A stretch of DNA of 64,000 nt. Origin: Geosiphon pyriformis uo1 (lineage: Eukaryota; Fungi; Glomeromycota). Below, piece by piece: positions 12,752 through 26,945 of the stretch. The notes beneath the pieces are model-generated. The model was not told the origin of the DNA and did no database searches. It saw nothing but the letters and a program-made list of their open reading frames with translations. The stretch is taken from NCBI GenBank assembly GCA_016748015.1, contig JAAOMT010000706.1, positions 441,622 to 505,621 on the forward strand, given 5' to 3'. Made by a program: the position numbers and the translations under genes. Every line of letters begins with the position of its first letter. The stretch's first letter is position 1.

Positions 12752-13411
12752 TTTTATTTTTTTATTTTTTTATTTAAAAAAAAAAGATTTAGATATTTGA
12801 AATCGCTGTAAAGTGATAATTTGACTGTATGAATTGAATTCTGATAACTTAAAAAATTTGTCCCTTCCTCTTTATACTTTTCAAAATTTCCAGTTAAAAC
12901 ATGAAAATTAACGGAATTTTGAGACCGTTATCAAAAAATTTGTAACGAAACTTTTTATCTTTGTCTATAAATTGTGTACCCAGTGCGAATAATTTATGTA
13001 ACCCTATCAACAAATCTCGGTATATTAAATAAGACTTTCACTTGTTTTCATTTCATCTGGAAAATTCAGAAAAAATCTTCAAAAGGTTTAAATATTTAAA
13101 TTGTTTATCAAATATATACATTATTTAAGTTATTATTAGGGGGCAATGGGAAAAGTTGTGAAATTTTGAATAGAGAATTGAATTAAAATTATTGAAATAT
13201 TCCGGTGGTCAAAAATATGCACATAGTTTATTGATTAGTTTTCTTTTCGGAATTTTATAGTTTGAAAATTTTATAAAAGTTTCATCAATGAACAAAAAAC
13301 ATTGTTCTTTGTTTTATTTTTTGTTTCAAGGTTACGGAAAAGTAGGTAAAAATATTAGGAAATTTTTAAATTTTGTTAAGTTTATAAAAAAGATGAAAAA
13401 TCTTTTAACCG

Positions 13412-13455
<44 letters not shown>

Positions 13456-14724
13456 CTTTTATGTGTGACAAGATTATATTTTTAACACGGAAAATTAACT
13501 CATTTAAACAAGGAATTAAGGGAATGGGGGAAATAATGTAGTTGAACTCTTTAAAAAAAATCTTTAAATATCCCAAATTTTTTCATTCATTAATAGTATT
13601 AATAAAATTTTAACTTAATTAACCATGTTAGCTTAAAGAGAAAAATTTTCAGGAAAAAAAATTATATCTCCAGCTTTGATTATACAGGAAAAATGATTTT
13701 TCAAATAATTTTAACCAAATCCCGTAGTGGAAGGAAGGGGAAAAAGTGCTCTCAAAAAGGTAATATTTAAATTATATTGTTAAGACATTTGGTTTACTCA
13801 AAACTTTAAATAATTAATGTAAGGGTATCTGATGTCTTTTATAAAGATAAAACCGATTAGAAAAAATTTCAGATTCTAAATCAAGTTCAAACATTTTTTC
13901 ATTTCTAAAAAAAGGTTTGATTTTCTATTCAAGGTTAGAAACCCTTTTAATCTATTCTTGTTATTGGCCTAAAACCATGCATCATCTCTATTTACATTTA
14001 TTTAGTATTTTATTTAACTCGAATGATGACGGGGGGTCTTATTGTAATAATTTCATGTATGTGATCGATTCAACATGAAAAAAAAAATATTGTCAGCTTT
14101 TATTTTAATGAAAATTTTTTAAAGTACTTTTTTCTTATTCTGAGAGAAGGGTCACCACTGTTTTTTAGTAATTGACCTCATTGTGTATTATAATTTTATA
14201 ATTGGGACGGGGGTTTTATTTTCCTTTATGCATCGGGAAATTTTTTAACCCTGAAATAAAACAGCTATTTAAAATTTTAACTTATTTATTAGTCAACAGC
14301 AACTAATATAGATTCCCTGACCTGGTGGTGAATGTTGTATCAGGTACATCATTGATTCACAGGGATTTGGTATTCCCAAAAATTTCTGGTAGGCTACAAA
14401 ATCTTTCACACACACACACACACACGGGAATGCAACACATAATGAAAAAAAATTAAAACTTGATAATTTTTGATTAAAAAATTTAAAATTACATGTATTT
14501 CGTTGGTCAAAAAAAGATTTTGCGAAACTAATTTATTTAATGAACCAATCTTTTTAAACAGCTTTAAATTAATGCTTGATAACTTAAAAATATGTATAAA
14601 ATCTTTAATATATGTATAAAAAAAAAATTTTTTTTCCCATCTCAAATATATGAATGAAGTTACTTTGAAAAGTAATAAAAGACAGATAAATTGAATACAA
14701 TGTTTATAATAATAATAATAATAG

Positions 14725-14766
<42 letters not shown>

Positions 14767-14877
14767 CATATTATCATATTATGATATTTCTTTAATAAAA
14801 TTTCACAACCAAAGATTTTGAAACATGAGTTTATAAAAATTTCGTAGTGATAACTAAATCAAAAACAGATACAGTAT

Positions 14878-14940
14878 ACCCTCCCTCCCCTCCCCTCCCC
14901 TCCCCTCCCCTCCACCTCCCCTCCACCTCCCCCTCCTCCT
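14878..14940. repeat. (TCCCC)n pyrimidine tract (G-quadruplex-capable on the minus strand)
   Basis: Read directly. Confidence 0.85.
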
Positions 14941-15655
14941 TGAAAGGAAAATGCTCACATATTTTCTTTTTTCATATTGTATATTAATACAACAAGTATA
15001 CATCAAAAATAAAATAATTTTGAATCTTGAAATAAAAATAAATCTACGATTGCATTTCTAATTGAAGTTGACAAATTTCTTTTGTAATTGAAAATTGAAA
15101 TTTTTATTTGTTTTAAAAATTTGTAATATACATGTAATGCATTTATGAAATTTTTAAAAATTCAAAATACTTTATTTAGATAATTAAATAAATTGTCAAT
15201 TAATACCAATCGTTCATTTTCTTAGATATACATGTAACAAAAAACGGTTAAATTTGAAATAAAAATCAAATTTAACACAATTATTGGAAAAACAATTTAT
15301 TAGTAATCCAATGTTTTTATACAAAACACAATTTATATTTTACTCTTTAATGCTTATTTGGTTTTTGTGTTTTTAATTTCAAAGTGGTGATTAAACAGTC
15401 TTTGGAAAATAATCAAGATTATCTTATAACCGAGAATTTATTTAACCGAATAAATCCTATTTTTTATCTTGAAATCTATTTCTTAATTAAATTATCTCTT
15501 AATCCGAAAAGATAATCTGTTTATCTTATAATAAATTTATTATTAATATTTCAATTGTTAAACAAATTTTTATTGAAATATTTTTTAATAAAAGAAATTT
15601 TATGGAGATAAATGTCTAGAATTTCACTCCCACCAGTAATTTCCCAAAAGTTTCA

Positions 15656-16791
15656 TTAAATTAATTCATCGATATTCTGATTCTCGTTTCGATTTTGATT
15701 GGCAGCAGCAGCAGCAAATGCTTTTCTTCTTCTTTGATCTTTCAACGTCTCATAGATTGCCATACTAATAGAAGCAGCAGGAACAGCCCATACAACCCTA
15801 GCCAACATTCCACGTGTAAATGCCTTGAAACCGCCTTCATTATGATACATGTATCTTATAATTTCTTGTGGTGATTTCCCTTTTTCTTCTTTGAAAGACA
15901 CTTGATATCTTGTTTTAACAACATCGAGCACATTAGATACTGATGCTGCAATCGAGGAAGCGACAGCCGAGTATATGAGATAATTTATGAAAGGGAAAGG
16001 AGCGATTGGCGCATAAACATCTGGGGGTGTTTTAGGGTCATCTTTTGGCCTTGTTCCTTGAATTCCCCTCTTAGTTGCCCAAGATTTACACTTTTCATAG
16101 ATCACAAAATAGATGACAGTATGAGGTATAAACACCCCGAGTGACATCCAATATCCACGAAAGAATCCAGGTAATCCTTCAGTTCGCCAAATTTCTTTTG
16201 CAAGGTGTAAAGTATTTCCTGTAGGACGGGGAATATGACCGACTACAAGTGGAGGACCAGTGAAATTGTTTGTCGGGTGTCGAAACACGCGTTCTTTTGG
16301 TTCTTGGAAAGTGTCAGGAACATAATTGCATTGCATTTTACTCTTCAAAACTTCCATAGGTGTCCAAAACAACCCACTAATTATCTCGGCAACTGTTCCA
16401 CTTAACATATGATTTACAAGGCGATCTTGTGGAATGTTGAATCTTTCGGCGAAATAATTTTTTGAAAAATCATAGCAATAAAGATAGGTTGAAACCGCTG
16501 GCATGCTAAAGAAAGCAGCAACAGGAAACCCACGATATAGGTTTGGCAAACTGAAAGTTGGAATAAGTTTTGTAATTGTAGTGTTTGTGGACTTTGGGGT
16601 AGTTTGAATACGAACACGAATTGTATCTACTGAAAGAAATGAACAAAATTTCAAGTTAAACCAGGTAATAATTTGATAATTTCATAACTTCATAAAATAA
16701 ACGAAGAGGCAGGCTCCTTACATGGATGTGTATAGATACGTGCAACGAAAGCTGCAATGCTTGAATCTACAATATTGGTTTCAGAAGGCAT
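15656..16791 (-). CDS. Mitochondrial carrier family (SLC25) protein, ~347 aa; exons 16791-16722 and 16629-15656
   Basis: Exon 1 MPSETNIVDSSIAAFVARIYTHP spliced at T|GTAAGG...TTTCAG|TA restores HPLDTIRVRIQ. Further carrier signatures: TPMEVLKSKMQ, NVLDVVKTRYQ, EGLPGFFRGY, FTRGMLARV. Substrate not assignable. Confidence 0.93.
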
Positions 16792-18679
16792 TTTAATGAA
16801 CAAACCCAAGTGATCAGATTTGAAGACTGGTAGGATCAAAGAGAAATTTTTTTATGTCAGAAATTACAGATATGATTGACGATTTTGAATTGTAATGTTA
16901 TACTTACAGTTAACAAGAATTAATAGTTAAAAAGTAGTGTCATCTATATTCCTCGAAAAACTCTAGAGTGTCTCCTTTCCACCAAAGCTGGGAAGTGAGT
17001 TAAATTTACACAAAAAAATTTTCAATGAAAATCTCTGAAAAGGACCTGATGCTCGGAGTCACAAGGTGTCTCAAATAATGCAAATTGGCGTTGGGTATTT
17101 TAGCAGATTACTTGGGTAAGTTTGATTTTTAATTCTGAGCTCGATTATCAATCGATTTGAATCAGTCATGTGAAAATGAGGTTTTTTAAAAAAAAAAAAA
17201 AAAAAGAAGAAATCTCATATGAACTAATTTGAAATCTTCGAAGCGCACTAATATATATTATTCATCATATAATCATAATATTAAGCTTTTTATTTTGAAT
17301 TTTTGTTATTTAGAAATAGAAAAGAAATTTTTTTTCAATCACTAAATGAGAATGAAAAAAATGACAAACATAATTGAATTAAAAAACTTTTTAAAGTTTG
17401 AAAAAATTTTCTTGACATTATTTTGAATCTTATCAAAGGCATTAAAAAATAGCCATATAAATAAAATTCTTTTGGAAATTCTCTTCATTTTGGCGATAAC
17501 AGTAAAAGCAAAAGACTCGTTAATTATTATTTTTTAATTTGATCATACCTTTTTAATTTTTAACAGTTTTATTAAATAAATAGAGTTCTTCTATTTTAAC
17601 TATTTTACAAATTTTTTTTTTTTAAAAAAAGTAAATATATAAATAATAATATTATTAAATTTTTTGACAAAATGATTTGATAATTAATTTTTTTAAATAT
17701 AAAACTATGAAAGAATTATTATTATTATTATTTTTAAAAAAAACCAATATTTTAAGTCATGAATTTTATTTATTTCTAATAAATAATAAAAACACATTTT
17801 ATTATATAATTATTGTAGTTGGGTAAATTTAATATATATTTCCAAAATAGAGATTCAAATAGTGTTATTATTTTTAAGAATTTTACATTATATAATATTA
17901 AAATTATTAAAAACTTCTTTTTACCTTCACAACAAGAGCAAAAGAAAAAAAAAGTAACCATTATTTCTGCTAACATAACTGAGAAAGCAACAATCAAAAA
18001 AGTTTTCTTGATAGTAGATAAAATGTTGTAAAAGATGTTTTCTCTAAATAAAATTAATTTAAACCATTTTACTTTTGAATTGAAAGTCTTTTCCCAGTTA
18101 AAATTTTTTGGTTTTTTTTTTGACAATTTTACAATAGCCACTACCACCATTATTATTTTTTAAATAACCAGAAATAATAAAACAGTTAGAAAACAATCAT
18201 TAATACCAACAACAATAGCAATAACAAATTTCTTGAAAATTTCAAAAGAGAATTTTTTATTCATTTTTAGTTTTTTACCAGTTTAGTTTAATTAAAACAA
18301 TTAGTTTCAATTCAATTGTAAATAATAATACTTTTTTAATTTAAATATTAACAATAACACAGTTTTAAGATAAGCACAAAAATTAAATTTAGTTGTATTA
18401 TTTAATATAATTGTTTTTAATTTATTATTAGAGAAAACAAGTATGTCTCAACATAAAATTTTTATTTAATTAACAAAACATTTTTATATTAAAAATTAGA
18501 CTAATATTATAACAATTAAAGCAATTTTTTTTTTCTAATACTGCTGTATTTTTTATTATCATAATTAATAACTAAGAAATTATTATTAATTATTATTAAT
18601 TTTAAAAGTAAATAATATTTGTCTTAAATATTTAATGTTTTTTTTTAAAATTAAATTAAGCTATATATAAACTATTTTT

Positions 18680-19330
18680 AAATTTTTGTTTGGTTTTATT
18701 GGACTTGAACTAATTTCTAAAAATATTATTAAACTGTTTTATGTAAAATTTGTAATTTAAAATTTTTAAGTTTCTTGTTATTAAATTAAAATTTTAAGTT
18801 TACTGTATTTTTAGAATTAGTTTTTTTATATGTAATAATATTTTTTGACATATTTTTTGCTAATATCAAAAATGCTTTTAAAATATTTAATAAAATTATT
18901 GCTATTAAATTGAAATTTGTTGGTCTATAATAATATGTTATTGTTTATTTTAAAAATTTGGCTTTTATTAATTTGGGTTTTATTTATTAATTAATTTTTG
19001 TAAAGAAAAATAATATTAAAATTTTTTTTATTAATTTAAAAAATGAATTTAAACCAAATTAATGAATTTGTTTTTTGATTGTATAGTTTATAAGATTAAT
19101 AATATAATTGGCTAAATTTATAAACAGATTTATTTTATTATCTAATTACTTAATTTTTTATTATTACTAAAAATATGCAATTATTACTTTTAAAACCTAA
19201 AATGTTTTTTAATGTAACAGTTATTAAAAGAAAAAACTACATATAATAAGAAACTTTAAATTGCGAATTTTATTATAATTATTAAGGTTTTAATTATTTA
19301 GTTTTAAATTATAAAACTGTCTTTTCTGAT
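18680..19330 (+). mobile_element. Hypermutated retroelement gag/ORF1 relic (RRM-like segments plus a ghost CCHC zinc knuckle)
   Basis: Stop-riddled frames read IKNAFKIFNKIIAIKLKFVGL**YVIVYFKN (18860-18960), KLMNLFFDCIVYKINNIIG*IYKQIYFI, and I**ETLNCEF-Y-YN-Y-*GFN-Y-LVLN-Y-K. The last has exact CX2CX4HX4C spacing with TAT at 19271, 19280, 19295 and 19310. It lies in a ~2.5-kb block almost devoid of CpG. Confidence 0.72.
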
Positions 19331-22300
19331 ATTAATTATAAATTCAAGAAAACTTTAATATTGAAGTATACTATTTTAAATTAGTTGGTTAGTTCTTTGT
19401 TATATGTTTAAGTTGTCTACTAATTAGCTATATTATTTTAGAATTATTTTTCAAATTTAATTTTAAAACTGAAAATATATTATATCTTTTTAAATTCAAG
19501 TTTAAAATTTTTTTTGAGAAAATAGTTGTTCAATTTCTTTCAAAATTGAAATATATTTGTGTTTTATTGAATATTTTTACTTAAACTATAGCTGAAAACT
19601 TTGTAAATTCTAATGAAACTTGTGTTTATTGATACAATAAAAAGAAAATTTTTTTGTAGATTGTTTAAAGCTGGTAAGACTTATGAGAATAAAAAATATG
19701 TTAATAATATGATTGTAAATACTAGTGTTTTAGTGTAATATAGTTTGAATTGATTCGGATAACTAGTTATATGTAGAAAGCACATAAGCCACCTTTATTG
19801 TAGAACATATATATGTTATTATTAAATAGATACTGATTAGATTATACTCAATAAAACATATCAAAAATCTTATTAAAAATATTTAATATATTATTTGATA
19901 AAAAATAAAACATTCAAGGAATTTAAAAATTATATACTGTTTTTTTCTTCATTTTATTATTATCTTATAATATTAAACTTAATTTATTTTTAAATTTTTG
20001 GTTTGATTAAATATAATATTAATTATATAACAATAAATATTGATCAAGTAAATATAGACAATGAAGAATTTCATAATTAATTTTAAAAAACATATAAATT
20101 TGAAAAACTTTGATATTAAAATGAAAAGTTGAAAATTACTAATGCTTTTTTGAGCTTTGATATCAGGTATTATTAATATATACTTTTTTAAATAAATTTA
20201 AGATGAGATCAATGATTTTTTAAAAATCAATATGCGAGGCTAAAATAAGTTAATTTATGATAAAATATATTAGGATAATAATATAAAGAATACAAGCAAC
20301 TCTTCTAATACATTTTATAAAAGTAAACTATTAATAAATGCAAAGCTATTGAAAAAACCAAGATTATATAAAAAAAAAAGAAATTGAGTTGATAAAATTA
20401 CCAGTTGCCGAACGAGAAGCTCTTTAAAGACAAAACTGAGGCTTATTTTTCGTTATATAAAAGATTGAATCTTATTTAACCTTTTCAAAATCAAAAATGG
20501 CTACTTTATAATTTCAATATAAAAAGGTTGGATTCATAAATTCAAACGAAGGCTATATTTAGTAATTCTTGGCATCTATATGCTGTACTTATCAAAAGAA
20601 TCTATTTTGGTTCCGCCTTTCATAATTTTTTACACTTTTAAAATTAGGCCCTAAATTTTCTCTGTCACATAGCGTTTAATAGTTGGGTGCTTTTATCACT
20701 CTATTACCTGCATTCTCTTTTTTTTATTACATTGTCTATGCCTTGTTGTCTTAAAGGAAACACTAAGCCACATTGGTCGATCTTAATTTAGATAGTTCCT
20801 GGGGAATATGCGCATCCAGAACATATAAGTTATAAACCAAACCTTTAACCCCCCCCCCCTCCCCCCTTAATTCGATTGTGGCATTTTCGTCTTCAATGCT
20901 TTGAAATTGAATTTTATCAAATAATACTCTTCCAATTGTTGATTTTTTACAAGACACTGGTCGGGATCAATTTCATAAACGAAAAAAGTCAAATCCAAGT
21001 TCTTATGAGTTGAGTACAAAGATAGATTGATATTGAGATAGCTTTCTTAGTGGTACTCTTTATGCTATAAGATAAATTAGTTATATATTCAACATTGTAT
21101 CTTTTTCAAAAATTTCAAGAATCTGGATGGCATAGAATGGTTTCATTTCCAAAATTTAAATTTCAGGTCTTTAATACCTTCGAATCAATTTTCAGACCTT
21201 TCTAAACAATTCCATCAAAATCAAAGACCATTGAAGGTTCTGTGGTGCTTATTAGATGTTCCAATTAGATAAGCGCTTTGTCATTATCTGTCGTGTGGTA
21301 TGATCAATTTTTTCCCAAGGAATAGACAGTAAATGTTTGTTTATTTTCAATTGTTCCAAAACCTTAGCATTTAATAATCTCACCGTCATTTTTGATTTTT
21401 CCCAAACAAATAAAACATCAATAGTCCCCAGCCTCACTGGGGCACTAGTAACGAACGGAAGTGGATGGGCAAGGAAAGTATTTTATATAAAAAGTAGATT
21501 TGCTTATTTTTTTCAAAGAAAAATTATACACAGATTTGTTATGTTAAATAGCAGAGCATTTATTTCAGTTAAAAAAACAGGCAACAAAACTCTTTGAATA
21601 AAATTAACCTAAAAAATTTTGATTATCAGCCTAAAAATTACCAGAAGTGGCTTTGAATTTCTTCTATAATCTTATATATACCGTTTGTATCAGGCTTTGC
21701 TAAAAAGTAATTCATCTTTAAATATGGCTTTGACTGGCGGTTTTTACTAAACCTGAGACTGGGCTTTCATTGAATAAAAAACTATATTAAAGATTATGGA
21801 GTTTGTGAATTGAACAAAAATTAAATCTAAAATAAGATTATTATGAAGCCATTGGCTAAGTCATTTCTTATCCCTCGGTTTATTTTTTTTTGAAATTGTA
21901 AAATATAATCAAACATATTATCTTGCATTCGCGAATAAATGAAAGGATTGTTTTAAAATTCTCAATATATCCTAATTTTAACAAGATATGTATAACTATA
22001 ATGAAGTTTTAAATAGAAATGCCTTCATTTTAATTTATTTAGAATTCAAAATTTATAAGTCAAAACTTTTTCTTTGGATCATGTTCAACTCCCTATTTTA
22101 AAGAAATTTAAGAAATTGGTACTTGCCTTTATTTCAAAAGGAACAAAGATAACAAATTTTATTCTTAAACAAATTCAACCCAATAAAATATATTGGATCA
22201 AATTTTCTTTGGAAATACAATAAGGAAAAATGAGTTGACTTGAATATATATTTATATTTTTTATTTGTCTAAATGATATTCTAACAAAATATATATATGA

Positions 22301-23422
22301 AACTCTATGCTTTTGACACAACATCAATCTTTGAAATTATTCTTTGATTACTTCATTTATATAGCATTAGCTAAATCAAATTTCGCTGATTCATCAAGGT
22401 AACATTGGTTACAGTAAACTTTTTGTGAAATTCAAGCCGCAGGAAGCAATCTGAATTGACTTCAGAATTTTTGCTCAATTATCATACTTTGGTAGCAGCA
22501 ACCATCGTTATAAATTGACCTTTACAAATTTAAAAACTATCTTTAGTTTCTGCTACCTGTAAACTCACTTCGGCGGAATGTAAAAACGATGAGTTGTTCA
22601 AAATTTTTAGTAAAATAAGTAAAAATATTTATCACCCTCTCTCCAAATGCCAGGTTTTTTGTTTGTTGGTTTGTTGGTTCGGCGTCATTTAAAATCCTTT
22701 TCAAGGAGCAGTTCCGACTGATCTCTACAAATTTGGCTGGCAGGATGTGGTCGATATAATGCAAGAAATATAAAGGATCACCTATCCAGAACTGCAGTGA
22801 CCCCTATTTTTAGCATGTTAGCCGTTTGTATCACATGTGACAGCGATTCACACTCTTTTCGCTATTAACATACAAGGAAAAGTAAGTTTATGCAGCATCG
22901 ACCTGCATCAGTTAGACAAATTCTCTCAAACCCCAAAAACGTACATTACATCCATCAGGAAACATTCGGATAAAATCAAAGGAGTTTCCTAAGGAGCGAG
23001 CATCTTCCCCAAGAGCATACGAAATACGAATGTTGCATGATGGTCCACCTCGAAGTTCAATATATATCACATGATCTAAAAGAACATAACATATTACGTG
23101 ACATCATCCTTCAATCATCACCAAACTTAGCCTTTGTACGACTCCTCAGTGTGTTGATTGATAAATGACCGCCATCCACAGCAACAACTTTGCCCCATAA
23201 TCCAAACTTGGCAATCCAAGGTTTATCCAATACCCCGCCGCCGAGGTCCACGAACGAGAGATAAAAATTTTTCCCTCGAAATAGACGATTATTCAAAAAC
23301 TTATCATGTAAGTAAAGTTGTACCCCGCCTTTAGGGGTACCTTTATGACCTTGAGTTTTTTAAAAGACCCCACTTAGAGAGCTAGAAAATAATATTATAA
23401 AGCCTTGAAATATATTTCAAGC

Positions 23423-24346
23423 ATGAATGGCGAGACCCCAAATTCTCGACAAACTCGAAGTCGGCAGCGTGCTAATGACCTTGGACCGCAAATACCGATA
23501 CAAATCCCTCCTCAGGCCATGCAACCAACCGAGTGGATTCCTGATGTTCGTGACAAATTTGAAGCGGTAGGTTCTCGAATAAAGGATTTTCTTTTGGAAT
23601 ATTTTTTTGATGATAAGAAACGACCATAAATCTTTCAAATAATTTTAACCTATATATCCAAGTTGGGGAAATCGTGCTATGAAGTAGCAATTGCCTTGGG
23701 TAAATTCAAAGATGCTATCGACAATATTCAAGGGGGTAATTTATTCAATTTAGAAAATGCATTGTAAGTTTAAAGGTTCTAAAGATTTTTGCATCGAATC
23801 CATCTAAACTCTCATTTAAACTTTCTTTACGAAAATATTAGTCTCTCACTACCCTTTTCCATGCCACCGCCGGTACAAATCAGTAATCACACGATACCGT
23901 TAGCTCCCCCACCACCTGCGCCACCTGTCGTTACTCCACAACCGTTTGCAAATTTCTCTACACCTAGATCTCGTCATGCAAGATCAACTCCATCAAGCAT
24001 CGCTTCCTCGAGAAATTCGTCGCCCACCCCTTATGCATATACCCCCAGTAGACCCAACGCCATAGTTCATGGCTTACATGGGCAAGAATGGAGTGATGAT
24101 TCTAGGCGTAAATTAAACGATCGATTTATTAAATACTTTAAACGCCGTGAAGAAGGCGAAGAAATTACAAACAAAATTGTTTCCGAGGAATTACTCGGCT
24201 TTGCAAAGGCTACACCATCTGTCAAGCATTTGGACCGTCAAGTTGGTCGTTATCTACGCCGTCATACTATTCCTGTTGATCCTGTTGTTTTAGAAGCAAT
24301 TGAAAGTTGGATTGAAAATGAAAAGGTTGTGCGAGGAAAATTCTAG
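23423..24346 (+). CDS. Pro/Ser-rich protein with a C-terminal putative HTH-like domain, paralog A, 249 aa; exons 23423-23566, 23663-23763, 23842-24346
   Basis: Introns GTAGGT...CCAAG (phase 0) and GTAAGT...ATTAG (phase 2) give one frame. Two conserved blocks and both intron positions match 28507-29493. Confidence 0.85.
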
Positions 24347-26945
24347 GCTTTGACGGTCTATAGAAATACGAAGATCAAAAAATCTGAATGCGACATAAAT
24401 ATGCGAACGTTTCAATTAATACCCCGAATTTTTTATTCCTTTTCCCAATTCATACTTTTAGGATATATTGAAAAATATGCTTTATTTTTTATTTTCGAGC
24501 CTTATTCGTGTTAAATATATATATACATAGCAGACTGTTCGATATCTACGTTAAAATAAAACAATAAATTATCTGTCAAAATGTTTGCGATTAGACAAAT
24601 GCTCATGTAAATATTTTGATATCAATTCATCGAATCAAGATCAGTGCCTTTAGATAAAAAGAAACATAATTTAAAATTTAACTGATATTTCAAAATATCA
24701 CGATGTGAAAGATTTTCAAAAAATCTAGAAAAGGGATTTTACTTGAAAAACTTTTTTGAATTGGTTTATTAGGTTTATATTTTAACACTTTAAATAAAAA
24801 ATCAGTATTTACCCGGGTTATTTCCCAATATTTTTATAGATAAAAATTTTGTATTTATGAACAATATTTAATCATATTGATTGAAAAGTGTTGAATAAAA
24901 AGGGGTTTCTAATTCATGGAAAATAATTTCAGAATCAATAACCAGAATGCTAACCTAATTATGTATGTTTTATTTAAATACAATATTTCCAAAAGAGAAA
25001 AAATTGTAGTTTAAATAAGTAGTATAGCAATTATAATTTATGTATTCAAATAGGCTAAAAAAAAATTTTAAAAAAATTGATTATTTTAATCGCTGGTGAT
25101 ATTCAAACAGAAATTAGTTTTATAAAATTTAATAGGCTCTTTTACCTTCTAAAGGTTAATGTTGAAATAACCGTTCATTTTATCTAAAATTAGATGAATC
25201 AACCACAGAAAGAATTTCGAATATCTCATGTTGATATTAAAAGCCAAGAACTTTGTAATATTGTAATATTTCATTATTATTATTATTATTAGTAAATTGG
25301 AAAAAATCAATAATTTCTGTTTTAAATAAGATTACTTTGCTCATGTGTTGAAAATAACATTCAATCGAATTTTGAACCTTCAAAGGCTTTATGACAAGAT
25401 ATACCCTTAAAAAGTTATATGAGAAAGATTTAAGACAAGATTTGAGAGGCTCTGGATTTAACCAATCTATCCTATAGTTTATTTGAAAATATTTAAGCCT
25501 ATAGCTTTTGAATTTCACAATTATCCCAAGCTTTGAGTCAAATAAACACCAAAGGAATTTGAGAATTGTAGATTCAGGTTTAGAAAAAAAAATGTAAATA
25601 TTATTCGCTCAGAATTTCCGACAAAATTATAGATACACATTTCCTATATCAAATCAAATAATTCGAATTTTAGTTTTAGTTCAAGACTAAAGAGTAATAC
25701 AATGAATATTTTTCTTTCCACGATCCTTATAATAAAAGAATCTACCAATGAAAGATATACTATGCAAATATTCTACAGACAAGAGAATAATTAAATGGGA
25801 TTTTTTATTGAAATCAAAATTTAATAATAATAATTTTTTTTAAATCCTTAAATCATTATCGAGTTTCAATAAACTTATTCAATTCCAAAAAACTTCCGTT
25901 CAATCTCATTCTCCCAGCCTAGAATCTGATTCTATATGTCACTTGGCGTTATACTTGTTAGAATTGTTTCTCAATTTGAGATGAAAATGGAAACGGTCGA
26001 TAACATATCAATAACTTCCATCTAATTCGAGACTTCCAATTAAAGAAAGAATAATGTTCAGGAATGGGATGATTTATTTTGGATTGGAAAATTTATTTTT
26101 GATTTTAATATCAACTGCGAAAAAGCTTTAATCAAACAATGATCTTGATTAAAGTTATTTTTAACTCGAACTCGCACAATAAATCAATTGAATTTTTCTA
26201 TACAGGCTCACTGCATAAAAGAAAAAAAAAGCATCTATCACACCATCTTTATAATATTCTCAAATGCGTAGGAAAAACCCCCAGGATTAGAAAAGAGGAA
26301 AAACGCCAACAGATAATAACGCCGAAAGTTCATCACTTAAAAATCATGCATCAAAATATCCAATTTAATATGAAAAAATTTGTCATTTTTTCTGTGTTTC
26401 AATAAATTTCCAAGGTCAACGACAACTGCGGGATATTTCATATGTACCCAAAAGACTTTTAAAATAATACGGTTGAAAATGTAAATAGCAAATTAGAATA
26501 TATTTGATGAAATTTTAGCGATGAGAAAGATATTTACTTGTATTTACCAAGGATTAGGATTGAAATCCAAAATGATTTTAAGAGTAATTACTGGTACTGT
26601 TATCATTTGAGTGGTTGACCCATTGTATTTTACAGAGAAATTCGATTTTACATTGGAATTTTTGGGTTAAAACACAATAAATACAGATAGCTTCAAATGA
26701 TTCAAAGATCTAATTATTTTAAAATTAACACTAAAGCAATTTCAAAAGGAAAGACCTTTGATGCATGTAACGTATTACAGATACCCAAATTGGGTTGTAA
26801 TAACGACTGTTACAATGACATACATGCCATAACGAATTTATGTAATGATTAAATCGTGTTACTAATTAATGATGTGTTGTTATCATAAATATCCCCGTCA
26901 CGAATGTGTAATAATATGTTTGGCTTTTTTATAAACCCCCGAAAA

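Noticed and set aside
17776-18150. 124-aa F/I/K/L/N-rich ORF and similar AT-rich ORFs (318, 13288, 14406, 34202, 35209, 46082, 48785)
   Set aside because: Their composition is what extreme AT content produces by chance; not supported as genes.
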